Below, piece after piece: positions 1 to 8,895 of a stretch of DNA of 64,000 nt. Each line of letters opens with the position of its first letter. Position 1 is the stretch's first letter. The position numbers and the translations under genes were made by a program. This DNA is from Candidatus Poseidoniaceae archaeon (GTDB lineage Archaea > Thermoplasmatota > Poseidoniia > Poseidoniales > Poseidoniaceae): assembly GCA_938084455.1 (NCBI GenBank), contig CALKDX010000028.1, positions 306 to 64,305 of the forward strand. The letters run 5' to 3'. A model generated the notes under the pieces. The model saw nothing but the letters and a program-made list of their open reading frames with translations. It did no database searches and was not told where the DNA came from.

Positions 1-69
1 TGGCCTTTTACGGACCGCTTCTAAACCTTCCAAAACTTGAATGCTTGAAGCACCATAATCATCGCTCAT
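1..69 (-). CDS. gyrB: DNA gyrase subunit B, N-terminal fragment (continues beyond the window edge)
   Basis: Minus-strand translation from the ATG at 69 reads MSDDYGASSIQVLEGLEAVRKRP, matching the conserved GyrB N-terminus (...[24 protein letters not shown]). A GGAGG Shine-Dalgarno lies 8 nt upstream (rev-comp of ccaagggggg at 81-90). Confidence 0.6.
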   Translation of the reverse strand, partial: MSDDYGASSIQVLEGLEAVRKRP

Positions 70-405
70 ATTTTATTCCTCCAAGGGGGGTGTTTTGGGT
101 CGGTTTTTTGGGGTCGATTCCATGCCTTTTTCGCCGTGCTCTTTGTGGCAATTTTTGCGGCGCAGTCGTCGATTTTTTACCCCTCACTTCCCCTTACAAT
201 AATACCCTATGACGAGGGGGTATAAAGGTAGTGCAATAATCACATCATTCCGTCGAATTTATACCTCAAAAAAACACCTCGCAGAGGCGTGAAATTGAGG
301 GTTTGAAGTGGAGGCTGAAAGCACTTCAAAATGAGGTAGATTTTGCCCCCCGGAAAGAGCCATTCCATGCGAGAGCGTTAAGAAGCGGGCCTAAGTCGGG
401 AAGTC

Positions 406-1203
406 ATGGCTGACCCCTTGGTTTGTGTGTCCCTTGAAGGAACAACTGTGAAAGAAATGCTCGATGAAGCAGCTCGAGCAGGTATTGCAGGTGCTGACCT
501 CATCGAAGTTCGCTTCGATCGACTTTACCTGAGCAAACCTCAACCAACCGTCACAGAAAACGAAGAAGGCGAAGTCACCAAAACCATGCCACCTGCCAGC
601 GAGTGGCCGGTTCGTGACTTTGCAGACATCGACATTGAAGAATCCATTACAGCCCTCAAGGAAGGGATTGCGCTGCCGGTCATCTTTGCCGCACGTCCCG
701 TCAGAGAGGGCGGTCACTTCTCTGGCGATGAAGCGCAACGCATCAGCGCCCTCGAGGCAGGTATTGCATCAGGAGCGACTTGGGTTGACCTCGAAGTGTC
801 CATTGAGGACTCCATTCGAACAAAACTCATGAAGGCTGCAAAGGCGTCTTCCTGCAAGGTTGTTGCATCGATCCATGATACTGACAGCACCCCCAGCTCC
901 GAAGAAATTCAAGGACTGATCAAGGACAACGCTGACAAAGGCGATTTAATCAAATTCTGCGGAACGGTCAATGACCATCAAGATGCTTTGCAGATTGTTG
1001 AAGCCACGCACGCCATGAGCAACGAGAAAATCGATTTCGCTGCTATGGCTCTAGGTAACGGCGGCGACTGGGCACGACTGCACGCACCAGTGCTCAACCA
1101 AACAATGGTCTATGCCACCATGCGCAATGAGTTCCGACTCTCAGACAAAGGACTCGTTAACGTTCGTGATCTCAAAGAGGCTTGGAATCTTCTCGAGTAC
1201 TGA
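406..1203 (+). CDS. aroD: 3-dehydroquinate dehydratase, type I-like (shikimate pathway), with an internal acidic insertion
   Basis: N-terminal 'VCVSLEGTTVKEMLDEAARAGIAGADLIEVRFDRL' matches the type I DHQase signature (xxCvsl...gaDlvElRlD.L). C-terminal 'AAMALGNGGDWARL' resembles the ismG..G..SRi motif. 265 aa. Confidence 0.5.
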   Translation: MADPLVCVSLEGTTVKEMLDEAARAGIAGADLIEVRFDRLYLSKPQPTVTENEEGEVTKTMPPASEWPVRDFADIDIEESITALKEGIALPVIFAARPVREGGHFSGDEAQRISALEAGIASGATWVDLEVSIEDSIRTKLMKAAKASSCKVVASIHDTDSTPSSEEIQGLIKDNADKGDLIKFCGTVNDHQDALQIVEATHAMSNEKIDFAAMALGNGGDWARLHAPVLNQTMVYATMRNEFRLSDKGLVNVRDLKEAWNLLEY

Positions 1204-1209
1204 GCCCCG

Positions 1210-2367
1210 TCAAACATCGAACGGATCAGTGTCGTAGGTCTTCTGCGGCTCAAGTGATTCGCTTTGCACCACAGGCGCTACCATTGATGATTCCTGAGCA
1301 ATTGCTGCCGTAGGCGGCGGAGGGTGAGCGGAAGGGAAAGGAGGCATTGCAGGCTGGGGTGGAGGTAATTCTGGCGCATTCTCAAGCGATGGTACGAGAA
1401 CTTCATTGGCATGCTTAGGCGCCATTCCTGCCTTCATGTACTTGGCATTGGCAATGAATGGAGCAACCAGTGCCCCAAGAATCAGACCCATGAAGGCAAG
1501 AGCGACCGTCCATGGCGGGAGGACAAGCGAACGACTTGTCGTCACAATGGTCACATCAGCTGCAATGGTAACGCCAGGGGCGTCCGCATCGTTATCGTGG
1601 ATGTTGTCCCATGCATCGACAATAATGTAGAAATCCTGCCAATTTGAATCGCCCCAAAGGGAGGTGTAAACTTCGGGACCATCCAAATTCAACGCGAAGT
1701 TCACTGAATTCACGTTTTCATATTCGTGGGCATCACGGTATGACTTCCAGCCCAAAGGATTCCAACTCCTCCACTCCGGCGGTATGTCGCTCAGTGCTTC
1801 CTCAACATCCCCTTCGCCCCAACAGTACCACGATTGCGTATGGGCGCATTCATAGGACGTGACATACGATTCATACTCTGAAGTGGTCAAAAGGTAAACA
1901 TCCCCTTCAACTGGGTTTGAGTTGAGGTCTTGGAGCGTGATGCAGACGGTCGTTCTGTGACTCGCAGAAAGGTTCACCCTCAACGCACCAACACTGTCAT
2001 TGCCGATCAGCATGGTGGTGTAATGGCTGGTTTCCAACGGGTCAAGAGGGGGTAAATTCCAATCATTTTGTTGATACATCCATGGTTCTTCTGGACCATC
2101 AACAACCTCCTGTTCGACTTCATTTTGCCCAAAATTATCATCTTCGTAATACATGTCGTCATCGTAATACGGGTAATAGGATCCAGACCAATGAGGAACT
2201 TCAGCCGTACGTTGCATGGTTTGATTCCACTGAATAGCCTCAGTATCCCCCTCGCATGCCTCCGCTGCTTGAACAGGTTGCACCAACGGACTCCCGATGA
2301 ATGCTGCAAAAATCGGAACCATCAGCAGGACGGTAAGCGAGGATACACCGAGTAAACGCATACGCAT
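1210..2367 (-). CDS. secreted, C-terminally membrane-anchored hypothetical protein with a proline-rich cytoplasmic tail
   Basis: N-terminal signal-peptide-like hydrophobic segment (LTVLLMVPIFAAFIGSPLVQPVQAAEA). C-terminal TM helix (WTVALAFMGLILGALVAPFIANA) followed by PELPPPQPAMPPFPSAHPPPP. No recognisable catalytic motif. Confidence 0.45.
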   Translation of the reverse strand: MRMRLLGVSSLTVLLMVPIFAAFIGSPLVQPVQAAEACEGDTEAIQWNQTMQRTAEVPHWSGSYYPYYDDDMYYEDDNFGQNEVEQEVVDGPEEPWMYQQNDWNLPPLDPLETSHYTTMLIGNDSVGALRVNLSASHRTTVCITLQDLNSNPVEGDVYLLTTSEYESYVTSYECAHTQSWYCWGEGDVEEALSDIPPEWRSWNPLGWKSYRDAHEYENVNSVNFALNLDGPEVYTSLWGDSNWQDFYIIVDAWDNIHDNDADAPGVTIAADVTIVTTSRSLVLPPWTVALAFMGLILGALVAPFIANAKYMKAGMAPKHANEVLVPSLENAPELPPPQPAMPPFPSAHPPPPTAAIAQESSMVAPVVQSESLEPQKTYDTDPFDV

Positions 2368-2414
2368 GGTCTCACCTGCTCTTCCCTAGAGTTGGAGGTT
2401 GAAGGTACTAGCGG

Positions 2415-5400
2415 TCAGCCTCGCCTACGCAGAGGACGAACATAGCCGCTGTCATCGCTACGACGTTCATCCTTTGACAGAATCCCGGGGGCGGGCGGCG
2501 GTGTGTGATGATCCATACCCAATAAGCCGCCTTGACTCTCGACCATTTCAACATCGGAATAGGACTCTGCGGCTTGCTTTGCTTCGTCTTCAAGGTCCGA
2601 CGGTTCACGCATGACAAGCCAGCCTAGAATAAGAGCAACAGAAATCAATGCCACAAAGGTTGCCAAATCCGATCCAGCCTCGGTCAACCAACTCTTCCAA
2701 TCTTCAACGCTGAAGTCTGAAAGGGATGGGGGTTCGGTTGGTGGCGGACTGACTTCGATGTCTTGGACGGTCACTGTGCACATGCCCAAACCATCGCAGA
2801 CTTCGACAAGCAGTGTGTACACGCCTGGCTGTTCATAGTTGGCTGAAACTCGAGTGGTTGAACCCGATAACGGGTCGACCCAATCGTCTGCTGGGTTCCC
2901 ATTTGCATCTTCATCGACCTCAACATCAAGATCCCAACGAACCACGAGGTCAGGGTTCAGAGATTCATCGCGGTCTGAGATTGATCCGTCATTGACATTG
3001 GTGTCCCGATACAAAGCAACACCAAGATCGACTTCAAGGTCAGAAATGTTGGCTCCAAAGGAGTTCGAATCGCCAGAAAAGAGTTCATCTGGAATCAACA
3101 GGTTATGGATCACCGGAGGGTGGTCGACAATCACTGTGAACGTAGCACGGCTAACATCGCCAGTTCCAAAGGCGTCCCGCACGGTCAAGGAGACCGTGTA
3201 TTCACCCGGCAATGTGTAAGCATGCCATGGCGAAGGGGTGTTGTCAATTGGTGTGCCGTCGCCGAAATCCCAAGAATACTGGACCAGTCCGTTCCAATCA
3301 GGCGATTCTGCTTCGAGTGGAATGTACTTGCCCTCGAACATACGGTCACCATCTCGGGTTCCATCTGAATCGAAGTACAGCAGTGTGTTCGGTGCAGCGT
3401 ATGTCTGACCTTCTTCGTTGAACGTTCTTGACCACATATCGGGCATCGAATTTTGATCAAAGGTCGTGGAATCAGTGATGATTTCTCCATTCAACCAAGC
3501 GTCCAAGATCCGAACTGAAATGATTGGCAATGGATTCGCCATTTCGATGGTCATGGTCCTTGGTGCGCTTGATTCACCGGCTTCATCAAACACAATCAGA
3601 GTCACACTGTGCGTCCCTGGTTCGGTGAACGAATGAGTGACCTGTGGCCTGTCGCCAAAGGTGCCGTCCGAGAATGTCCAATTGAAGGTCAAGTCTGATG
3701 AATCACCCACGGTGCCATCGGGATCGAATGAATCACGGCCATCAAAGGTGTAGGGCGTGTCGACTTGTCCGTCTTCAACCCTGAAATCTATGGTCGAAGA
3801 ACCGCTTGTGGCCGTGGTTCGTACAATGAAATCACCAACTGGAAGCTGGTTGTGAACCATTACGCTGAGCGTCGTGTTGACTGAACTCCCGTCATCATCC
3901 GTCACCGTCAACTGTACCGTTTTCAATCCAGGAGAATCCCATGCGGGCATTGGATTGGCACTGTTAGAGGTGGTTTGAGTGAAATCATCAGTTCTGTCGC
4001 TCACGCCACCATCGAGGTTCACTCCGCTTGGGAACGACCAAGCATAAGCGATGATGCTCCCATCGTCATCGGTGAACACATCAGGCATGACGAGAGCGGT
4101 GTAGGTGTACGTCGAAAGATTGTCTGAAAAAATCTGAATTGGTATGCGATTGTTGACGTTGACAATAATTTCTTTGATGCCCGTGTTCACTCCGTCAAAG
4201 ACGGTCAATGTGAGGTTATAACTCACCAATGTGCCTGAAATGTCGCCCCATTCGTGGGCGTATTCATAGCCACCAACAGCAGAGTCAGAGAAACCATCGC
4301 CCCAATCCCAAGAAAATTCGAGTTGGTTCGATGGCACATTGTCCACGGTACGGGCCGCAGAAAAGAGGATCAGTTGGTTGGTCAGAATGTTGATTTCATT
4401 CTCGATGACAACATTGTTCACTGTGATGATTGGAATTGGCGGCGAGGTGTCGCTGACGTTGATCTGCAAGATCGAAGTGTCCGACCATGTGTTGCCTTGG
4501 TCCATGACCCTGAGGGTCACATTGTAGACTCCTGTTGATTCATACGCCCTCAAAGGTGATTTGAGGCCTGAAGTTGAGTTGTCCCCGAAATCCCACGCAT
4601 ACGCCACTGGTGCGTCGAGGTAAGGGAGGGTGTTGTTGTCTAACGACAACCCCCATGCATCGAAGCCATCACCAGTAAATTGAACGTTTTCCCATGTTTG
4701 AGATGCGTTCGGATCGAGGGTTCCATTCGCTGTCGGACGCATGTTGTTCAACACATGAGGTGAGGTCGTGAGGCTGTCAACTGCGGTACCAATCATATCC
4801 ACCATGTCAAGTTGGAAGGTGTATTGGCCGTTGAGTGGGGCAGTGAACCAAAACGATTCCTCAGTGGCGACGCCACCACCTGCAGCAATTCGTTTTGTCA
4901 GCCTGTCCACTTCGACTCCTGACGCATCGAGCACTTTCATTGTGACATCGAGGTCTTCGAAGAAGGCGTTTGAAAAGACCTCGTAGTTGACTTGCGCAGT
5001 GTCTGGAGAACCATCGCCATCACGGTCGATTGTAGCATCGGTCGTGTTGAGCGTGAGGCTGGCCGGTGCAGTGATTCGAGCCGCCTCAATGTCAACTGTG
5101 CCTTGAGGATAAGAAGAGCCACACGATGTGTAATCACAATCGGCGACCGTGCTCGCATACCAAGTGATCGCCCAGACTTCGTCGGTCAAATTGCCAAACC
5201 CTGGAATAAGGGCTGTGGCCACGTTGTTTTGGAAGTTCAAATCGCTCGCAGTCCACAAACCATCGGCTGTTGACTTGCTGACAACGACGCCGTCGAATTG
5301 ACTTACATCGGCGGTCAACCGCATGGTGAGTGGTGCGGGTGCTGCCCCTCCTGGCGTGAACTTGAAGGCGCGAATGCCCCAACCTTCAACGGAATGCCCC

Positions 5401-6647
5401 GTGGACGACCAAGGACCGCTCCAATCGCTGTTTGTGTCTGCAGGTTGCACCCTGCAGAAGGAGCCGGCGGAACACGTCGGGGTCAAATCCAGATTGGAAA
5501 AGCCATAGATGCCTTGATCTGAATCAAGCACTGCTGCAATCGAGAAATTGGCAAAGATCTCACCCATGGTTCGGCCAAGCATACCACTTTGACCGCTGAC
5601 TGGCGATAAGGCGAGGTTTTCTACGCCGAGCCCACCTGTTGCTGAATCTTGTACAAGTTGTCGGACTGCTGGGCCGCCACCAAGATGATCTGCGAGGTAC
5701 ATGGTGAAGATGAAGCCCGCTCCGTAATCTGCAAACCTCTGATTCCACCATCGAACCGAGAGTTCTGAGGAGGCAGTCCATTGGTTGAGGTGCGACACGA
5801 GCGTGGAGTCAGCTCCGAAGCATAGGTAGATTGCAACGTCTGCATTGCCCTCATCAATCCACAGGTTCTCATACGGATCTTGGGCGTTGTGGAGCAAATG
5901 CTCCATTTCGTGGGCGAGAATTGACTTGCCCCAAGAGAGGGTGATGTCAGCATAATCGACATACACGGCTTCCCGAGCGTTGGCGAGCGACGGTGCGAAA
6001 TATCCACCAATGTTGTAGGCTCCATCGATGTCATAAATGACAATTTGAACTTGACAATTGTTGTCCACGTCGGGCGGGGCAAGACCTCGACCATCGGAGT
6101 AATCCTTGCCGTAGTAAGTGGTCATTGTTGGGTAAATGGTGCTGTCCCAAGAGGATGCAAGGTTGTTCAAAACTGTTGAGGAGAGGGTGCGGCCGCTTTG
6201 AACTAAGAAAGCCACCGTGTTGGTTGTCTTTGCCACGTAGACATTGATTGAACCGCCTGAAGTCGGGACGGACAATTGGTCGTTCACAACATGGGGGTTA
6301 CAAGCACGACCTGCAGTTCTGGCCGATGTCTGGGGTTCGATAATCATCGATTCAACTCCGGGCCGACCTTCATCGATCCAGGCGTTTTTGAGGAAGGAAA
6401 AGGCAGAAACGACCGGTACCTCCTCTTCGATCATAATGTATTCACGCCCTTGGCTGGGGTCGAAGTCAGCAATATCGCCGATCACGACACCTCCTGCATT
6501 GTATGCCTCAGGCTCTGCTTCATCGCTTGACGCAGCGGCTGCCGGGGCAAGGACTGGGGCAAAGGCTGCAGCAAATAGAATTGCCACAAGGAAGAAGGCT
6601 GAGTTGGAGCGCGGTTCCGACATAAATGACACCTCAGGTATTCGCAT
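2415..6647 (-). CDS. large secreted zinc metalloprotease (HEXXH) with multiple PKD-like repeats and a C-terminal TM anchor
   Basis: 1410-aa ORF. Signal peptide (FFLVAILFAAAFAPVLAPAAAASS). 'AHEMEHLLHNAQDPYENLWIDEGNAD' is a zincin HEXXH..E motif. At least four PKD-type WDFGDG motifs (YAWDFGDNS, FSWDWGDGF, YSWDFGDGT, FNWTFSDGT). C-terminal TM (LATFVALISVALILGWLVM) plus a cytoplasmic tail. An alternative start, MSEPRS, lies at 6623. Confidence 0.65.
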   Translation of the reverse strand: MRIPEVSFMSEPRSNSAFFLVAILFAAAFAPVLAPAAAASSDEAEPEAYNAGGVVIGDIADFDPSQGREYIMIEEEVPVVSAFSFLKNAWIDEGRPGVESMIIEPQTSARTAGRACNPHVVNDQLSVPTSGGSINVYVAKTTNTVAFLVQSGRTLSSTVLNNLASSWDSTIYPTMTTYYGKDYSDGRGLAPPDVDNNCQVQIVIYDIDGAYNIGGYFAPSLANAREAVYVDYADITLSWGKSILAHEMEHLLHNAQDPYENLWIDEGNADVAIYLCFGADSTLVSHLNQWTASSELSVRWWNQRFADYGAGFIFTMYLADHLGGGPAVRQLVQDSATGGLGVENLALSPVSGQSGMLGRTMGEIFANFSIAAVLDSDQGIYGFSNLDLTPTCSAGSFCRVQPADTNSDWSGPWSSTGHSVEGWGIRAFKFTPGGAAPAPLTMRLTADVSQFDGVVVSKSTADGLWTASDLNFQNNVATALIPGFGNLTDEVWAITWYASTVADCDYTSCGSSYPQGTVDIEAARITAPASLTLNTTDATIDRDGDGSPDTAQVNYEVFSNAFFEDLDVTMKVLDASGVEVDRLTKRIAAGGGVATEESFWFTAPLNGQYTFQLDMVDMIGTAVDSLTTSPHVLNNMRPTANGTLDPNASQTWENVQFTGDGFDAWGLSLDNNTLPYLDAPVAYAWDFGDNSTSGLKSPLRAYESTGVYNVTLRVMDQGNTWSDTSILQINVSDTSPPIPIITVNNVVIENEINILTNQLILFSAARTVDNVPSNQLEFSWDWGDGFSDSAVGGYEYAHEWGDISGTLVSYNLTLTVFDGVNTGIKEIIVNVNNRIPIQIFSDNLSTYTYTALVMPDVFTDDDGSIIAYAWSFPSGVNLDGGVSDRTDDFTQTTSNSANPMPAWDSPGLKTVQLTVTDDDGSSVNTTLSVMVHNQLPVGDFIVRTTATSGSSTIDFRVEDGQVDTPYTFDGRDSFDPDGTVGDSSDLTFNWTFSDGTFGDRPQVTHSFTEPGTHSVTLIVFDEAGESSAPRTMTIEMANPLPIISVRILDAWLNGEIITDSTTFDQNSMPDMWSRTFNEEGQTYAAPNTLLYFDSDGTRDGDRMFEGKYIPLEAESPDWNGLVQYSWDFGDGTPIDNTPSPWHAYTLPGEYTVSLTVRDAFGTGDVSRATFTVIVDHPPVIHNLLIPDELFSGDSNSFGANISDLEVDLGVALYRDTNVNDGSISDRDESLNPDLVVRWDLDVEVDEDANGNPADDWVDPLSGSTTRVSANYEQPGVYTLLVEVCDGLGMCTVTVQDIEVSPPPTEPPSLSDFSVEDWKSWLTEAGSDLATFVALISVALILGWLVMREPSDLEDEAKQAAESYSDVEMVESQGGLLGMDHHTPPPAPGILSKDERRSDDSGYVRPLRRRG

Positions 6648-6711
6648 TACTGCTTAACAACTGCACGACTTGAAATGAGGTATTTAAGAGTGGGTCTATG
6701 AGGCTTCACAT

Positions 6712-7944
6712 ATGCTCACGCACCACGAGGCGATTCTTCCTACCGGAAACCACCCCCTTTGGGCTGTTTTAGCGGCTTTTATGCTGCTTCTCCTTGTTCC
6801 ACCTCAAGCAGGGGCCCAGGCCGTCGATGCACCCTATGCCCCCGTCGACGCTTGCGCGAGCATCGGCCAACTAGAATTCAACGGAACCTCCGCGAATCAA
6901 TCAATCACGGAACAGGTCGAACTGGGCCCTCGTACCACTGGCTCAAATGGCTCCGCCGCTTTGCGTGCCATGATCCACGAACAACTTCCTTCGTGGGACG
7001 TCGTGAACCATACTTACACCGAAGAAAACTTTACATTCACAAATGTCGTTGCAACTTATTCCTCTGTGGCCGTCAACCCTTTGACTCCGAGAGTGGTCCT
7101 CGTGGCTCATTATGATTCTAGAGATATCGCCGAACGAGATCCTGATGCCAACCGCACTGGCGACCCGATTCCCGGAGCGAATGACGGGGCGAGTGGGGTT
7201 GCGGTGTTGCTTGAACTCGGACGCCTCATCCCAATGATGAACCTGACGTATGAAGTGGAAATTTTGTTTACTGATGCTGAAGACCAATCGCATTCAAGCG
7301 AAAACCAACGGTTGTATGGAGCGGAAGCCTGGGTCGACAAACAAACTGAAGAAGACCTCAATCGCACAACAGCTTACATCGTTGTCGACATGGTAGGCGA
7401 TGCCTACCTGCAACTGACGCATGTTTATCCCGGTGATCTTACCTTGTGGTCAACTATTTCACCCCTAGCATCTGCATTGGGATTAATGGAGAACCAGCAA
7501 GATTGCAACGGCGACTTCGGACGTGACATTGTGAATTTGAGCATCAGCACTGGTGTCATTGACGACCATGTCCCTGCGCTCAATCGTGGCATCCGTGCAA
7601 TTGACCTGATCGACATACGGTTCGGACCGGATGCTGAACCCTTCGAAGGGTACTGGCACACGCATGAAGACACACCTGACAAAGTGAGCGCTCAATCGTT
7701 AGCAGATGTCGGCCTATTGGTCGAATTGGGTTTGCGCTCCAACGCATGGATCTACGACCTGCCTTTGCAGGAGGAGACCCAAGACGAAGGTCAAGAAGAC
7801 AGCGTGCCTCTGAAGGAAGACGAACCGGCGGCAAATGTTGAGGTGTATGTTGGACTCGGCATTGCTGCATTGATTGGGTTGTTAGCAACCATCACCCTGC
7901 TGGTTGTTCTTGGCCGATCTGTAAATCTCCATCCACCTCGATAA
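6712..7944 (+). CDS. M28-family peptidase (aminopeptidase / glutaminyl-cyclase-like), secreted with a C-terminal TM anchor
   Basis: Signal peptide (LWAVLAAFMLLLLVPPQAGAQA). 'VVLVAHYDSRD...GANDGASGVAVLLELGR' matches the M28 zinc-binding region. C-terminal TM (VYVGLGIAALIGLLATITLLVVLG). Many N-x-S/T sequons. Confidence 0.55.
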   Translation: MLTHHEAILPTGNHPLWAVLAAFMLLLLVPPQAGAQAVDAPYAPVDACASIGQLEFNGTSANQSITEQVELGPRTTGSNGSAALRAMIHEQLPSWDVVNHTYTEENFTFTNVVATYSSVAVNPLTPRVVLVAHYDSRDIAERDPDANRTGDPIPGANDGASGVAVLLELGRLIPMMNLTYEVEILFTDAEDQSHSSENQRLYGAEAWVDKQTEEDLNRTTAYIVVDMVGDAYLQLTHVYPGDLTLWSTISPLASALGLMENQQDCNGDFGRDIVNLSISTGVIDDHVPALNRGIRAIDLIDIRFGPDAEPFEGYWHTHEDTPDKVSAQSLADVGLLVELGLRSNAWIYDLPLQEETQDEGQEDSVPLKEDEPAANVEVYVGLGIAALIGLLATITLLVVLGRSVNLHPPR

Positions 7945-8010
7945 GGCGCGGACAGGAAGGGAAAGGCGTATTATCCGCGCACATGCCCACTTCGACTAAG
8001 CGGGGGTGAT

Positions 8011-8895
8011 GTGATGGCCGATGATTCAGAAATCGAAGCGCGACGCCAAGCCCTCAAAGAACGAGTGCAGGCTCAGATTCAAGCCTCCCGTGAAGCAAAA
8101 GAAGAGCGAGAATTGACCGCCGCATCAGAACTTGTGGTTGATGAATCAGATCTTAACGCTGCAATCGAAGAAGCCAACCAAGATTTCAACGAACATATGG
8201 CTTCTTTGAACAAAGCTAACGCATCCCAGTTGAGGACTCTTGCAGCATCCCTAATCCTCGTAGGAAGCATCCTTGGCATGGCGTCTGGAGGTTTGATTTT
8301 ACAGGGAAACCCGGCGGAGTTGATGAACAGTTTTAGCCTCCTTGGCGACGATGAAACGGTCGATGTTTCAGGGATTGCCCTTGAGACAGACGGGGCTGCA
8401 ATATCCGGAGTGGAAGTGGAACTGATGAGCTATGAAGGTCAAGACATCATTGGCGTCACGACGACGGATGAGAATGGCTATTTCTGGTTCAAAACGATTG
8501 ATATTACTGAATTACAACTTACCTTTACTTTGGATGGGCACAAAACAGTTGAGCGTATATTCATCCCTGATGGAGCCCAAATCCGACCAGTGACCATGCA
8601 TCTGGGCAATGAAACGGTGGTTGAAAATGAGATTCGATCAAGCGATGGATGGAACTCCGAAGATGCAGTCGCCCTTTCAACGGCAGTTGGTGTCCTCACT
8701 GTCCTCACCGGATTGGTCGGGGTCCAGGCTGCAGTCGGAGCACGGCGAGCGAAACGCTATCGCCGCACACAATACCTCGCCGGTGTGGCCCTGTTCAGCC
8801 GTGGCCTGATCATCTTCGGACCAGCAATGATCCTCGCTGGCATGGTCATGTTGATGATTTCAAAAGACCAATTCGAAGATGTAGGCGGTGAGTGA
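8011..8895 (+). CDS. membrane protein with a carboxypeptidase-regulatory-like (CarbopepD_reg) beta-sandwich domain
   Basis: 'VTTTDENGYFWFKTIDITELQLTFTLDGHKTVE' resembles CarbopepD_reg_2 domains. It is flanked by TM helices (LAASLILVGSILGMASGGLIL and a C-terminal pair). Confidence 0.4.
   Translation: MMADDSEIEARRQALKERVQAQIQASREAKEERELTAASELVVDESDLNAAIEEANQDFNEHMASLNKANASQLRTLAASLILVGSILGMASGGLILQGNPAELMNSFSLLGDDETVDVSGIALETDGAAISGVEVELMSYEGQDIIGVTTTDENGYFWFKTIDITELQLTFTLDGHKTVERIFIPDGAQIRPVTMHLGNETVVENEIRSSDGWNSEDAVALSTAVGVLTVLTGLVGVQAAVGARRAKRYRRTQYLAGVALFSRGLIIFGPAMILAGMVMLMISKDQFEDVGGE

Noticed and set aside
391-738. 115-aa minus-strand ORF antisense to aroD
   Set aside because: It lies entirely inside the better-supported aroD frame and has no recognisable motif. 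It is a typical antisense shadow ORF.
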